From Candidatus Aenigmatarchaeota archaeon (GTDB lineage Archaea; Aenigmatarchaeota; Aenigmatarchaeia; QMZP01; QMZT01): 64,000 nucleotides of DNA. A model generated the notes under the pieces. That model was given only the letters and a program-made list of their open reading frames with translations. It was not told where the DNA came from and did not search any database. The DNA is taken from the NCBI GenBank assembly GCA_026397315.1, contig JAPLVC010000001.1, positions 149,111-213,110 on the forward strand, given 5' to 3'. This document shows, piece after piece, positions 27,520 through 36,271 of this stretch (its first letter is position 1; the number at the start of each line of letters is the position of its first letter). Position numbers and translations under genes: made by a program.

Positions 27520-28188
27520 CTATATTATTTTTGTGTCTGTCATCCTGATTTCTTTGGGGTCTATGACAATCTCATGGGGCACTTTCGGGTCGAAGCGCGC
27601 GTATCTCATCTTGTGGATGGTCATGATTCTCTGGGGCTTTTCCTCAAGCTCCAGGAACGAGAGCGAAAGCACGCCGTCGCACTCGAATGATTCTCCGTTG
27701 CCCGTGTCTATGTGCTCGCCTCTCGTCTCGCAGATAAGGAGCGTGCACCCCATCTGCTTGAGGCTTTTCACGAGCTCGTACAGGTGTATCCTGTAGGAGC
27801 GCTCGTTCTCAGCGAAGATGAGCAGCTTGTTGACGTTATCGATAACGAGACGGTCCAGCTTTGGATAGGAAGCGATTATGTCTATGAACTTCTTCATGGT
27901 GATGTTCTCGCCGAGCGGTATGTGCTCTATGGCGAAATTCTTGCCGACGTATTTCTCCATGGTGCTGAGCGTTTCGATGCCTTTGCTAGCGCGGAGAAGT
28001 TCTTCTTTCGTCTCGTTAAGCGAGACGTAGCAGCACCTTTCCTTTTTGAGGATGCCTTCCATGAGGAAATTCATGGCGAAGAGCGTCTTGCCGGAGCCAG
28101 GCCCGCCTGAAACAAGGACCGTCGTTTTCCCCGGGAAGCCGCCGCCAAGCAGCTTGTCCAGCTTCTTAATGCCAGTGCTCATCGTCAT
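27520..28188 (-). CDS. KaiC-like / RecA-superfamily ATPase (single domain)
   Basis: Walker A GGPGSGKT, Walker B LVIDNV, KLDKLLGGGFPGKTTVLVSG. Confidence 0.8.
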   Translation of the reverse strand: MTMSTGIKKLDKLLGGGFPGKTTVLVSGGPGSGKTLFAMNFLMEGILKKERCCYVSLNETKEELLRASKGIETLSTMEKYVGKNFAIEHIPLGENITMKKFIDIIASYPKLDRLVIDNVNKLLIFAENERSYRIHLYELVKSLKQMGCTLLICETRGEHIDTGNGESFECDGVLSLSFLELEEKPQRIMTIHKMRYARFDPKVPHEIVIDPKEIRMTDTKII

Positions 28189-28192
28189 AGTC

Positions 28193-28534
28193 TCACTCCT
28201 TAGCCTCCATGTCCTTGAAAACAGGTATGCCGAAAGCCGACTTCTTGATCTTTATGAGAAGGTACGTGTTGTCGTTGATGCTGAACATCCTGGCCGGGAC
28301 CTTTTTCTCGAGGATCCTTATATCGAATTTCTCGAGTATCTTTTTGGGCAGCATGACCCTGTTGCTGTTGCCCAGCTTCCCCGTGGTCAGCAAATAGCTC
28401 ATGAAAGTGTGGCTGGTGGGCACTAAAATCAGGTCGGAAGTGTTGTTGCTGAGCGTTTCGTATTCGGCCTTGGATATCTTGAGGTTTACCAGAACCTTGT
28501 CTCTCTTGACGTCTATTGTTTGTATCTCGGCCAT
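28193..28534 (-). CDS. small putative DNA-binding protein (AbrB/SpoVT-like swapped-hairpin candidate)
   Basis: NRVMLPKKILEKFDIRI is reminiscent of AbrB. It is the first gene of the operon with the KaiC-like ATPase and the V4R-like protein. Confidence 0.4.
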   Translation of the reverse strand: MAEIQTIDVKRDKVLVNLKISKAEYETLSNNTSDLILVPTSHTFMSYLLTTGKLGNSNRVMLPKKILEKFDIRILEKKVPARMFSINDNTYLLIKIKKSAFGIPVFKDMEAKE

Positions 28535-28631
28535 AAGTTATATATTTAGGCGTAATATTTAAACTTTTCCTGCTTTTTTGCTTACCCTGGACGGCTGTGA
28601 AATTTATTAGCAGCGGATTCAATACGTTTAT

Positions 28632-29483
28632 ATGATTTTGCGCAAGAAGAAAAAACCGGCTTCTTCTGAAAAAATCAAGAAAGCCGAACCGGAAAAGGCG
28701 AAGCCCGTCGCTAGCGAGAAGCCGCTGTCTGCTAAGGCTAAGGAAAGCGAGAATTTCATAAAGACCGGCATAGAAGGCTTCGACGGCCTCATCGAGAAAG
28801 GCATACCTAAGGGGTCAGCGATACTCATAGCGGGCGGCGCAGGCTCGGGCAAGACCATCATGTGCCTCCAGATACTGGCGCACGCCGCCAAGAACGGCAA
28901 AAAGGGCTTTTACATGTCCTTCGAGGAGTCAGAATCGCGTCTTCGAAAACACATGGAGGATTTCGGGTGGAATGCGACTGAATACGAGAAGAAAGGCAAT
29001 CTCGTGATAAAGAGGATGAGCTCATACGAGATAGCGCGCGCGGTCGAGGGATTGCTAGCGAAGGAACGAGGCGAACTCCTTATCGACCTCGAGCCCATAC
29101 TCCTGCCGGACAACTATAAACCAGACCTTGTGGTCATTGACTCGCTGAGCGCGATTGCTTCGTATTTCATGGGCAAGACCGGCCAATACAGGAGTTACGT
29201 CGAACAGTTATTCAGGTATTTCGAGCGCATGGGGACGACTTCATTCATGATAGCGGAAACGAAACAAATCCCTGAGGTATTCAGCCCGACGGGTGTGGAA
29301 GAGTTCCTGGCTGATGGAGTCGTCGTGTTATACAACATCCGCAAGGGCGACATACGCGAGAACGCGATAGAAATACTCAAGCTCCGTGGCACGAAGCACG
29401 TAAAAAAGATAGTCGCCATGCAGATAGTCGACAATCAGGGCATAGCTGTCTACCCTGACCAGGAAGTCTTCGGCGGACTCTGA
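28632..29483 (+). CDS. KaiC-like / RecA-superfamily ATPase with a Lys-rich N-terminal extension
   Basis: GIEGFDGLIEKGIPKGSAILIAGGAGSGKT plus Walker B LVVIDSL. The first ~50 aa are a K/E/A/P-rich low-complexity region. Confidence 0.8.
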   Translation: MILRKKKKPASSEKIKKAEPEKAKPVASEKPLSAKAKESENFIKTGIEGFDGLIEKGIPKGSAILIAGGAGSGKTIMCLQILAHAAKNGKKGFYMSFEESESRLRKHMEDFGWNATEYEKKGNLVIKRMSSYEIARAVEGLLAKERGELLIDLEPILLPDNYKPDLVVIDSLSAIASYFMGKTGQYRSYVEQLFRYFERMGTTSFMIAETKQIPEVFSPTGVEEFLADGVVVLYNIRKGDIRENAIEILKLRGTKHVKKIVAMQIVDNQGIAVYPDQEVFGGL

Positions 29484-29510
29484 ATAATTTTTACAGTTTC
29501 TTTTCAAGTC

Positions 29511-29663
29511 TCAGTTCCAGACGACGCTGTCTTCCTGCTCGTTCTCGAGAACCAGGCCGAACGGCGTGAAGAAAGTCGAACATTTAGGACAGACGAACGC
29601 TTCCGGCGTTTTGTTCCATATCCTGCCGTGCGCCCCGCATACGGGACATTTCTCATCGAACAT
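29511..29663 (-). CDS. small zinc-ribbon protein (50 aa)
   Basis: MFDEKCPVCGAHGRIWNKTPEAFVCPKCSTFF... It lies immediately downstream of rpl32e on the same strand. It is below the ORF-track size cutoff and was translated by hand. Confidence 0.4.
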   Translation of the reverse strand: MFDEKCPVCGAHGRIWNKTPEAFVCPKCSTFFTPFGLVLENEQEDSVVWN

Positions 29664-29714
29664 ACTACAGACCATACCCTCAAACAGCCGTGTTACGAAA
29701 AATACGCTGTCAAT

Positions 29715-30113
29715 TTACTTTTTGTTGGCAACTTTTATATTGTTTTTAACAGCGAACTCCATGATTGCAAAGCGCTTTCTCTTGCCGACAGTGCCGGCTA
29801 TGACCGCCATGTCGTCCTTGCGGTTCAGTTTTTCCATGTCTTTCGTGTTCCTTACAAGGACTTCCCTGTAGCCCATCCTGTTAAGGCCGCGGACTGCGGC
29901 TGGCGAGCCGTATCCCACACGGGGAAGCGCTCCCCTGGCGACCTCGTGCTCGCGCTGCTTGGAATGTATGCCCCTCGGCTTGCGCCAATTGCGATCTAGC
30001 GTTTTCTTGCACCACCACTCCTGACGGAGGAATGACGGTTTTCTCTTTTTCATCTTCCTGCGAATCGCTAGAAGTTCCTCTTTGGTTTTACCCGTCGCTT
30101 TTTCGTTGCTCAT
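29715..30113 (-). CDS. rpl32e: 50S ribosomal protein L32e
   Basis: KRKPSFLRQEWWCKKTLDRNWRKPRGIHSKQR. Confidence 0.85.
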   Translation of the reverse strand: MSNEKATGKTKEELLAIRRKMKKRKPSFLRQEWWCKKTLDRNWRKPRGIHSKQREHEVARGALPRVGYGSPAAVRGLNRMGYREVLVRNTKDMEKLNRKDDMAVIAGTVGKRKRFAIMEFAVKNNIKVANKK

Positions 30114-30658
30114 TCCTCTCCCTCCAGGTATGGCTTCCTTGTTATGTAAAGGCCGTCTTGGAAAACACGCTTATCATAACCGCGTATCCTTGTCGTTTGC
30201 TCTATCCTGCCGCAAAGCTGGCCCACGCGCTCCTTGTCGTGGCCGGAGACTTTTATCAGGCTCTGGTCAAGTTCGACTTTTATGTCTGACGGTATCGGAA
30301 CGCTCCTCGGGCTTTTCTCGCCCAGGAAGTTGTCGATGAGAAGTCGTCCCTTGTCGACCTTGAGCTTTATCGGGAAGTGCGAGTAGACGAGCTTCAGCTC
30401 GGCTTTCCAACTCTTCTCGGTTCCCTTGAACATGTTCCTGACGAGCGTCTCCCAGGTGGTGACTATCGCTCGCACCTTCTTCCTCTCGTTCGGGGACGTT
30501 ATGACTATTTTGCTCCCTTCGAGGCTCATGCCGAGCATGGGGTTGACGAAGACCTTGCTCGCTTCGCCTTTCTTGCCCTTGACAGTCAGCCTTCCGTCCG
30601 CTAACGACACGTTCACTCCTGCCGGGATTTCTATCTCGTTCTTAAGCATAGGTTGCAC
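30110..30658 (-). CDS. rpl6: 50S ribosomal protein L6
   Basis: Two L6 alpha/beta repeats (IEIPAGVNVSLADGRLTVKGKKGE...). Confidence 0.85.
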   Translation of the reverse strand: MQPMLKNEIEIPAGVNVSLADGRLTVKGKKGEASKVFVNPMLGMSLEGSKIVITSPNERKKVRAIVTTWETLVRNMFKGTEKSWKAELKLVYSHFPIKLKVDKGRLLIDNFLGEKSPRSVPIPSDIKVELDQSLIKVSGHDKERVGQLCGRIEQTTRIRGYDKRVFQDGLYITRKPYLEGEE

Positions 30659-30698
30659 CTGAAATATGAATATCTTTAGAAGGTAATATATTTAAGCG

Positions 30699-31964
30699 TT
30701 ATTTCTTTTTCTTGGCAGCGGCTTTCTTCTTTTCCTTCGCTTTCGCCGGCTTTTCCTCTTTCTCTGCCTTCTTTTTTACGGGTTTCTCGGCTTTCTCTTC
30801 CTTCTTCTCGGCCTTCGTCTCCTCCGCCTCGTCTTCGGGCTGCTCCACCTTGACCTCAGGCATGCGCCCGACGAGCGTGAACGCTCCGGTGCCCATGGGT
30901 ATGACCTGGTTCATGATGATGTTTTCCACATGCCCCTTGAGCGGGTCGCGCATTCCTTCGATAGCCGCGGAGATGATGTGCTTCTTCGTCTCCTCGAAAG
31001 CCATTCTCGCAAGAACTGAGTCCTTGTTGCCTGCGATCCCGTATCGCCCGATGCCCATTATTTTGCCGCCGGATGTCATGAGATCGGCAAGCATTGAAAC
31101 ATAACGTATGTCGACACCGAGGCCCTGCTCCTCTATCGTGCCGACGGCTTCCTTGATTATCGAATTTCTCGCCGCTTCTACGCCAAAAACGTCGTATATC
31201 TCGAACGGGTTGTTACATGTCGTTCTTGTCGTGTCGACGCCCTCGATGGCGAGAACCTTGTGCAGGTTCGAGCCAAGCGTCGATATCACCCATTCGTCGC
31301 CCTCTTCTTTGCTGACGATGACGTGTGAAATGTTTTTCACGCCCTTTATGTGGGTTTCCAGCAGCTTGTATTTCAGCTTGTGCAGGTTGACGTTGTCCGC
31401 CTTCTTTGGCATGATTATGAGTTCCTTGCCCTTCGCCTCGACGTCGATGTTCTTCAGCTTGACGTGTTTCGGAAGGTCCTTCATGTCGACGTCGAACTTC
31501 TTCAGCTTCTCGACATCCATATGGCATGTAATGGTGAGGTTTATCAGGTCTATGACGTTGCTGAGGACGAAGTCCTTGAGCTTGACTTCCTTGATTTTCT
31601 TGGCTATCTCTATCGCTTTGGTCTCGCTGCCGTGCTCCGGATCGAGATATATGGTCATGCTCGGGGTCTCGGGCTCTTTCTTCGCATCGAAAATCTCGGC
31701 CAGACGCGGCAGGCCCAGCGTGACTTGTATGCCTGCGGTTCCTGCGAAGTGGTATGTTCGCATCGTCATCTGCGTCGCGGGCTCGGAAAGAGACTGGGCG
31801 CTCACGACTCCGACCGCTTCCTCAGGGTCATACATGGACATGCGGTAGAAATGCTTTACTTTTTCGACTATCTCGTGCTTCTTCTCGCTCTCGATGCCCT
31901 TCTTCTTGCAGTATTCATCGATTTCTTCCCTGATTTTCAGCGGCAGATCTGTCATCATAATCAC
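30699..31964 (-). CDS. rpoA2: DNA-directed RNA polymerase subunit A''
   Basis: SEPATQMTMRTYHFAG...; carries an unusual ~55-aa K/E/A-rich C-terminal tail. Confidence 0.9.
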   Translation of the reverse strand: MIMMTDLPLKIREEIDEYCKKKGIESEKKHEIVEKVKHFYRMSMYDPEEAVGVVSAQSLSEPATQMTMRTYHFAGTAGIQVTLGLPRLAEIFDAKKEPETPSMTIYLDPEHGSETKAIEIAKKIKEVKLKDFVLSNVIDLINLTITCHMDVEKLKKFDVDMKDLPKHVKLKNIDVEAKGKELIIMPKKADNVNLHKLKYKLLETHIKGVKNISHVIVSKEEGDEWVISTLGSNLHKVLAIEGVDTTRTTCNNPFEIYDVFGVEAARNSIIKEAVGTIEEQGLGVDIRYVSMLADLMTSGGKIMGIGRYGIAGNKDSVLARMAFEETKKHIISAAIEGMRDPLKGHVENIIMNQVIPMGTGAFTLVGRMPEVKVEQPEDEAEETKAEKKEEKAEKPVKKKAEKEEKPAKAKEKKKAAAKKKK

Positions 31965-34459
31965 CCGTGCTCCACGAAGTCAATCCAGTTCAGCTTGCCC
32001 CAGTCCGATTTGGACGGGTCGATGCCGTCGTCGCCCACGAAGAACTGTATTATGTTGCCGTTCGAGTCGCGCACGCTCATGTCTCCGCAGACCTTGAGGT
32101 CCTGCAGCGAATTCATCAGTCGTCGCTGCATGTAACCCGACTTTCTCGTACGCAGTGACTTGTCCATCAGGCCTTCTCGTCCGTTCATGACGTTCCAGAA
32201 GAACTCGAAAGGCGTCAGCCCCTGCTTGAATCCTCTCGCTACGAAGCCCCTGGTAGCGGCTGAAAGGTCACCCACTTTGAAGTGCGTCGTCGTGCGTCCG
32301 AGATAGCCGCGCTGTATGCGTTTTCCGAGGATGGTCTCGGAGCCTACGCACGCGGACATCTGGGTCGTGTTGATGTTCGAACCCTTCGCGCCGGACTGCG
32401 ACATCACGAGGATGTCGCTCGGCCTGATGTTTTTTATCATGATCTCGCTGACCGTGTTGAGACCCTCGGCCAGCGTGGAAAGTATCTGTGTCTCTAACGA
32501 ATCTTCGGGCGTCATGCCCGGAAGAACCTTGAGCTTGTCCTCGTTGAACTTGATTACAAGCTTGTCGGCGTCTTTCATGGACGTCTGTATCTCTTCGCTT
32601 ATGATGTTCTCGATCCTTGTCGGGACGTCGAGATCCGAGATGCCTATGGAGAAGCCCCTCATCATGAGATACGATACGCCAAGCCTGCCGAGCCTGTCGA
32701 TGAAGTTCTTCAGTTCATCGTCAGCGACGAGCCGCCTGATCTTGTTGAGCATCTTGCCCTTGAACGCGCCTGCAGCTCTCGTGTCTAGCACGCCCGTCTT
32801 CAGCACGCCGTCTTTGATAGAAACCCACATGTCGTGCTTGCATTCATCTTTAAGGCACTTGTCGCATTCCTTGCACGCATTGGCCTTGAAGTACATGTTG
32901 AGCTTCTTGGGCAGAAGCAGACTGACTATGTCCTTGCCCGTGAACGTATCCTTGTCGGGCAGCTCGATGTCTATCGCCGCCCTTGAGAAAAGCTCCGCAG
33001 TCTCTTTCCTGCCGAGAACTGTTTCCTTGCTTGTGAGAAGGAACAGGCCGGATATGTGGTCCAGGTCGAGACCGACAAGCGGGCCGCCGAACCTCGGTGA
33101 GATGATGTTGTTCTTGACTTCCATGAGCATTGACGCTTCGACCTGCGCTTCCTCCGACTGCAGCGCGTGTATGTTCATCTCGTCGCCGTCGAAGTCTGCG
33201 TTGTACGGAGCGCATACGCTCGGGTTCATGCGGAACGTCCTGTACGGCATGACCTTTACCCTGTGAACCATTATAGAAACCCTGTGCAGCGAGGGCTGCC
33301 TGTTGAAAAGCACGACATCGCCATCTTTCAGCTGCCTGTCCACGCTCCAGCCAATCGCGAGGTTGGTTATTATGTCTTTCCTGTTTTCATCCGTAACTTT
33401 TATCTTGCGGCCGTCAGGCCTTGTGATGTAGTTGACCCTGCCGTCCTTTATCAGCTCTTTTATGTTCTTGGCATTGAGCGTGGTGATGGTCTCGGGAATC
33501 GTGAGCTCTCTGGCGACTTCGACCGCGGGTATGCCGACCTCGTTTATCGAGAGTGTCGGATCGGGTGATATGACCGTGCGCGAGGAATAGTTTACCCTCT
33601 TTCCCAAGAGGTTGCCGCGTATGCGCCCTTCCTTAGCTTTCAGCCTCTGTATTATGCCTTTCAGCGGTCGGCCTGAACGATGTCTCGCCTGCGGGATGCC
33701 TGTAAGCTCGTTGTCGAAATACGTCGCGACATGATACTGCAGCAGTTCCCAGAGGTCGTTGAGAATGAATTCCGGCGCGCCGATGTCTATGTTCTCCTTC
33801 AGCGACTGGTTTATGCGGACGATGTCGACAAGCTTGTGCGTTAGATCGTCTTCGGAGCGCTCTCCAGTCTCGAGGGTAATGCTCGGTCTCATCGTGACCG
33901 GAGGGATGGGGAATAACGTAAGCGTGAGCCATTCAGGACGTCCGCCGCGGAAGCCGATTTTCTGTAGATCCTCGCCTTTTACGCGCTCGAACCATTCCCT
34001 TATCTGCATGGGGTTGAGCTCTTCCTTGCCGAGATAATAAGTGTAAGGCTTGGCGAACGTGACTTTGCCCTGCTGTTTGTCGCAGTGGGTGCATTTCCTC
34101 ATCGGCGCCTTTGCAACCTGGTCCAGCGAGATGGGATTCCTGTGAAGGATGTGCCCGCATTTGGAGCACGAGGCCTTAAGCAACTGGTAAATCTGCTTGG
34201 TGTACATGACATGTATGACCGGCCTTGCCAGCTCCACGTAACCGAAGTGGCCAACGCAGTCGCCTATCGTGCTGCCGCATGTCCTGCAACGGAGACCTGG
34301 ATCGACGACGCCCATTCTCGGGTCCATCGCTCCTCCGTCGACCGGGTAGCCGTCCGCATCGTATAAATCGGACGTCACTATTCGCACAGTCGCTAGCGAC
34401 TTGACCATGCTCGGTGAGAGCAGGCCGAAATCAATCGAATTGATTTTTGACAAAGTCAT
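31961..34459 (-). CDS. rpoA1: DNA-directed RNA polymerase subunit A'
   Basis: 832 aa with Zn-binding CRTCGS...C and the NADFDGDEMN active-site motif. Confidence 0.9.
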   Translation of the reverse strand: MTLSKINSIDFGLLSPSMVKSLATVRIVTSDLYDADGYPVDGGAMDPRMGVVDPGLRCRTCGSTIGDCVGHFGYVELARPVIHVMYTKQIYQLLKASCSKCGHILHRNPISLDQVAKAPMRKCTHCDKQQGKVTFAKPYTYYLGKEELNPMQIREWFERVKGEDLQKIGFRGGRPEWLTLTLFPIPPVTMRPSITLETGERSEDDLTHKLVDIVRINQSLKENIDIGAPEFILNDLWELLQYHVATYFDNELTGIPQARHRSGRPLKGIIQRLKAKEGRIRGNLLGKRVNYSSRTVISPDPTLSINEVGIPAVEVARELTIPETITTLNAKNIKELIKDGRVNYITRPDGRKIKVTDENRKDIITNLAIGWSVDRQLKDGDVVLFNRQPSLHRVSIMVHRVKVMPYRTFRMNPSVCAPYNADFDGDEMNIHALQSEEAQVEASMLMEVKNNIISPRFGGPLVGLDLDHISGLFLLTSKETVLGRKETAELFSRAAIDIELPDKDTFTGKDIVSLLLPKKLNMYFKANACKECDKCLKDECKHDMWVSIKDGVLKTGVLDTRAAGAFKGKMLNKIRRLVADDELKNFIDRLGRLGVSYLMMRGFSIGISDLDVPTRIENIISEEIQTSMKDADKLVIKFNEDKLKVLPGMTPEDSLETQILSTLAEGLNTVSEIMIKNIRPSDILVMSQSGAKGSNINTTQMSACVGSETILGKRIQRGYLGRTTTHFKVGDLSAATRGFVARGFKQGLTPFEFFWNVMNGREGLMDKSLRTRKSGYMQRRLMNSLQDLKVCGDMSVRDSNGNIIQFFVGDDGIDPSKSDWGKLNWIDFVEHG

Positions 34460-34468
34460 AATGACACC

Positions 34469-36271
34469 TCAAACTTCCACGACGTTCAGCTTCGGGTAGA
34501 CACCGAGCGATTTCAGCTCGTCCATCGTCAGCTTGAACGCGTACGAAGTGCTGACCCACAGGATTTTCGAATCCTTGCACACGGGACAGTAAGTCTTGTT
34601 CTTCGCCTTGTCGTTTATCGCTATAAGGCCGCACGACTGGCAGATGGGAAGCGACGTTTCGTCGGAGTTGAAGCGTTCCTTGAGTGTAAGCGCTGCGCCG
34701 TGCCCTACCAGGCACTGCTGCTCCATCTCGCCGAGACGAAGCCCGCCGCGCTTCGAGCGGCCCTCGGTCGGCTGTCTCGTAAGAAGCGTTACCGGTCCTT
34801 TCGAGCGTGCGTGTATCTTGTCCGCGACCATGTGGTCCAGCTTCATGTAGTATGCTATTCCCGTGAAAATCATAACCTCGAATTTCTTGCCCGTGCGTCC
34901 GTCGTATAACGTTTCTTTCCCGTCGTCGCGGAAGCCGAGCTTCTTCAGCTCTTTCCTTATGTTCTCTTCCCTGGTTCCGGAGAAAGCGGACGAGTCGATT
35001 TTTTCACCAGCGATTGAGCCGTATTTGCCCGAAAGCAGCTCAAGCAGCTGGCTGACGGTCATACGAGATGGAATGCCGTGCGGGTTGAACAATAAGTCAG
35101 GCACGATGCCTTCCTTAGTGAATGGCATGTCCTCCTGCGGCACGAGCAACGCCGTTACGCCTTTCTGCCCGTGCCTCGTGGCGAACTTGTCTCCAAGCTC
35201 CGGTATGCGCTCGTCCCTTGTCCTTATCTTGAAAAGCTGCTCACCGCTCACCGTCTCGCTTATCAGCACGCGATCGATTATGCCGCGCTCGCCGTAGCGT
35301 ATCGTGACCGACGATTCTCGCTTGTTTTCAATATCAGTCGTGAAATCGCCACCCGTCAGGAAACGGAGCGGTGAAGTCTTGCTTACAAGGACCGAATCCG
35401 ATTCGACGTTGGTCTCCGGGTTGATTACGCCGTCTTCAGGGATGTCCTTGTAGGCTTCCTCGCCCCTGTATCCCTTTATGCCCGGCTCGGGGATCGCTAT
35501 AACGTCTTCCTGGCCGCCCCAGTAGCGTTTTCGAATGGTTTCATAAGTCCTGAAGTAGAATGAGCGGAACATGCCGCGATCGACGGAACCTTTGTTGAGC
35601 ACGACTGCGTCGTTCATGTTGAAGCCGTCCCAGCACATGACCGCGACCACGATATTCTGGCCGTATGGATGCTGCTTGAGAATCTTGTCCGTCGCCGTAT
35701 CTACGAGCGGCATTTGCGCGTAAGTGAGGACGTTGAACTTCGTGTCCGTCCTGACCTGGAAGTTGTCTATGGGCGCGCCTATCGCCTGTCCGACCATCTT
35801 CGCTCCGTAGTTGACGCGGTCGCCACGGTTGTATTCAGGGAATGGCGTAAGGCTTGCTGAAATGCCAAGTATGAGAAGCGGGTTTATCTCCGCGTGCGTG
35901 TGCTCTTTGTTGACTTTTTCTATGTCGATTGCTATGTAACTGTTTTCTTCCTCTTCAGCGTCTACGTATTCGATTATGCCGTGCTTGACCAGGAAGCTCC
36001 AGTTTATCTTGCCGGCCTTGAGCTTTTCGATGTGTTCCTTCGTAAGCTTCGGCTTGCCATCCTCCACGACGACGAGCGGCCTTCTGGCGCGTCCCGAATC
36101 GGTGTTTATCCTTATCTCGCCGAACTCGGTGTGATAAGAAACATTCATCTGGTCGGGCAGTATGCCGTGCCTTCTCTTCTTCCTCAAATCTTCGACTACA
36201 TCCTCCGGCTTGTCCGTCGTGCCGACGAAATCGCCGTTGAAATATATGTCAGCTTCTGATTTGCCTTTCAT
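34469..36271 (-). CDS. rpoB1: DNA-directed RNA polymerase subunit B' (C-terminal part of split B)
   Basis: 600 aa with a C-terminal Zn motif CQSCG...CPVC and conserved subunit-2 blocks. Confidence 0.9.
   Translation of the reverse strand: MKGKSEADIYFNGDFVGTTDKPEDVVEDLRKKRRHGILPDQMNVSYHTEFGEIRINTDSGRARRPLVVVEDGKPKLTKEHIEKLKAGKINWSFLVKHGIIEYVDAEEEENSYIAIDIEKVNKEHTHAEINPLLILGISASLTPFPEYNRGDRVNYGAKMVGQAIGAPIDNFQVRTDTKFNVLTYAQMPLVDTATDKILKQHPYGQNIVVAVMCWDGFNMNDAVVLNKGSVDRGMFRSFYFRTYETIRKRYWGGQEDVIAIPEPGIKGYRGEEAYKDIPEDGVINPETNVESDSVLVSKTSPLRFLTGGDFTTDIENKRESSVTIRYGERGIIDRVLISETVSGEQLFKIRTRDERIPELGDKFATRHGQKGVTALLVPQEDMPFTKEGIVPDLLFNPHGIPSRMTVSQLLELLSGKYGSIAGEKIDSSAFSGTREENIRKELKKLGFRDDGKETLYDGRTGKKFEVMIFTGIAYYMKLDHMVADKIHARSKGPVTLLTRQPTEGRSKRGGLRLGEMEQQCLVGHGAALTLKERFNSDETSLPICQSCGLIAINDKAKNKTYCPVCKDSKILWVSTSYAFKLTMDELKSLGVYPKLNVVEV

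Noticed and set aside
27520-29483. KaiC-like ATPases as archaellum or pilus assembly ATPases for the pilin cluster
   Set aside because: They are single RecA-fold KaiC/RadA-type domains (GGPGSGKT plus DSL). They are not FlaI/PilB secretion ATPases, which are larger and have distinct Asp and His boxes, and they lie 25 kb from the pilin genes.
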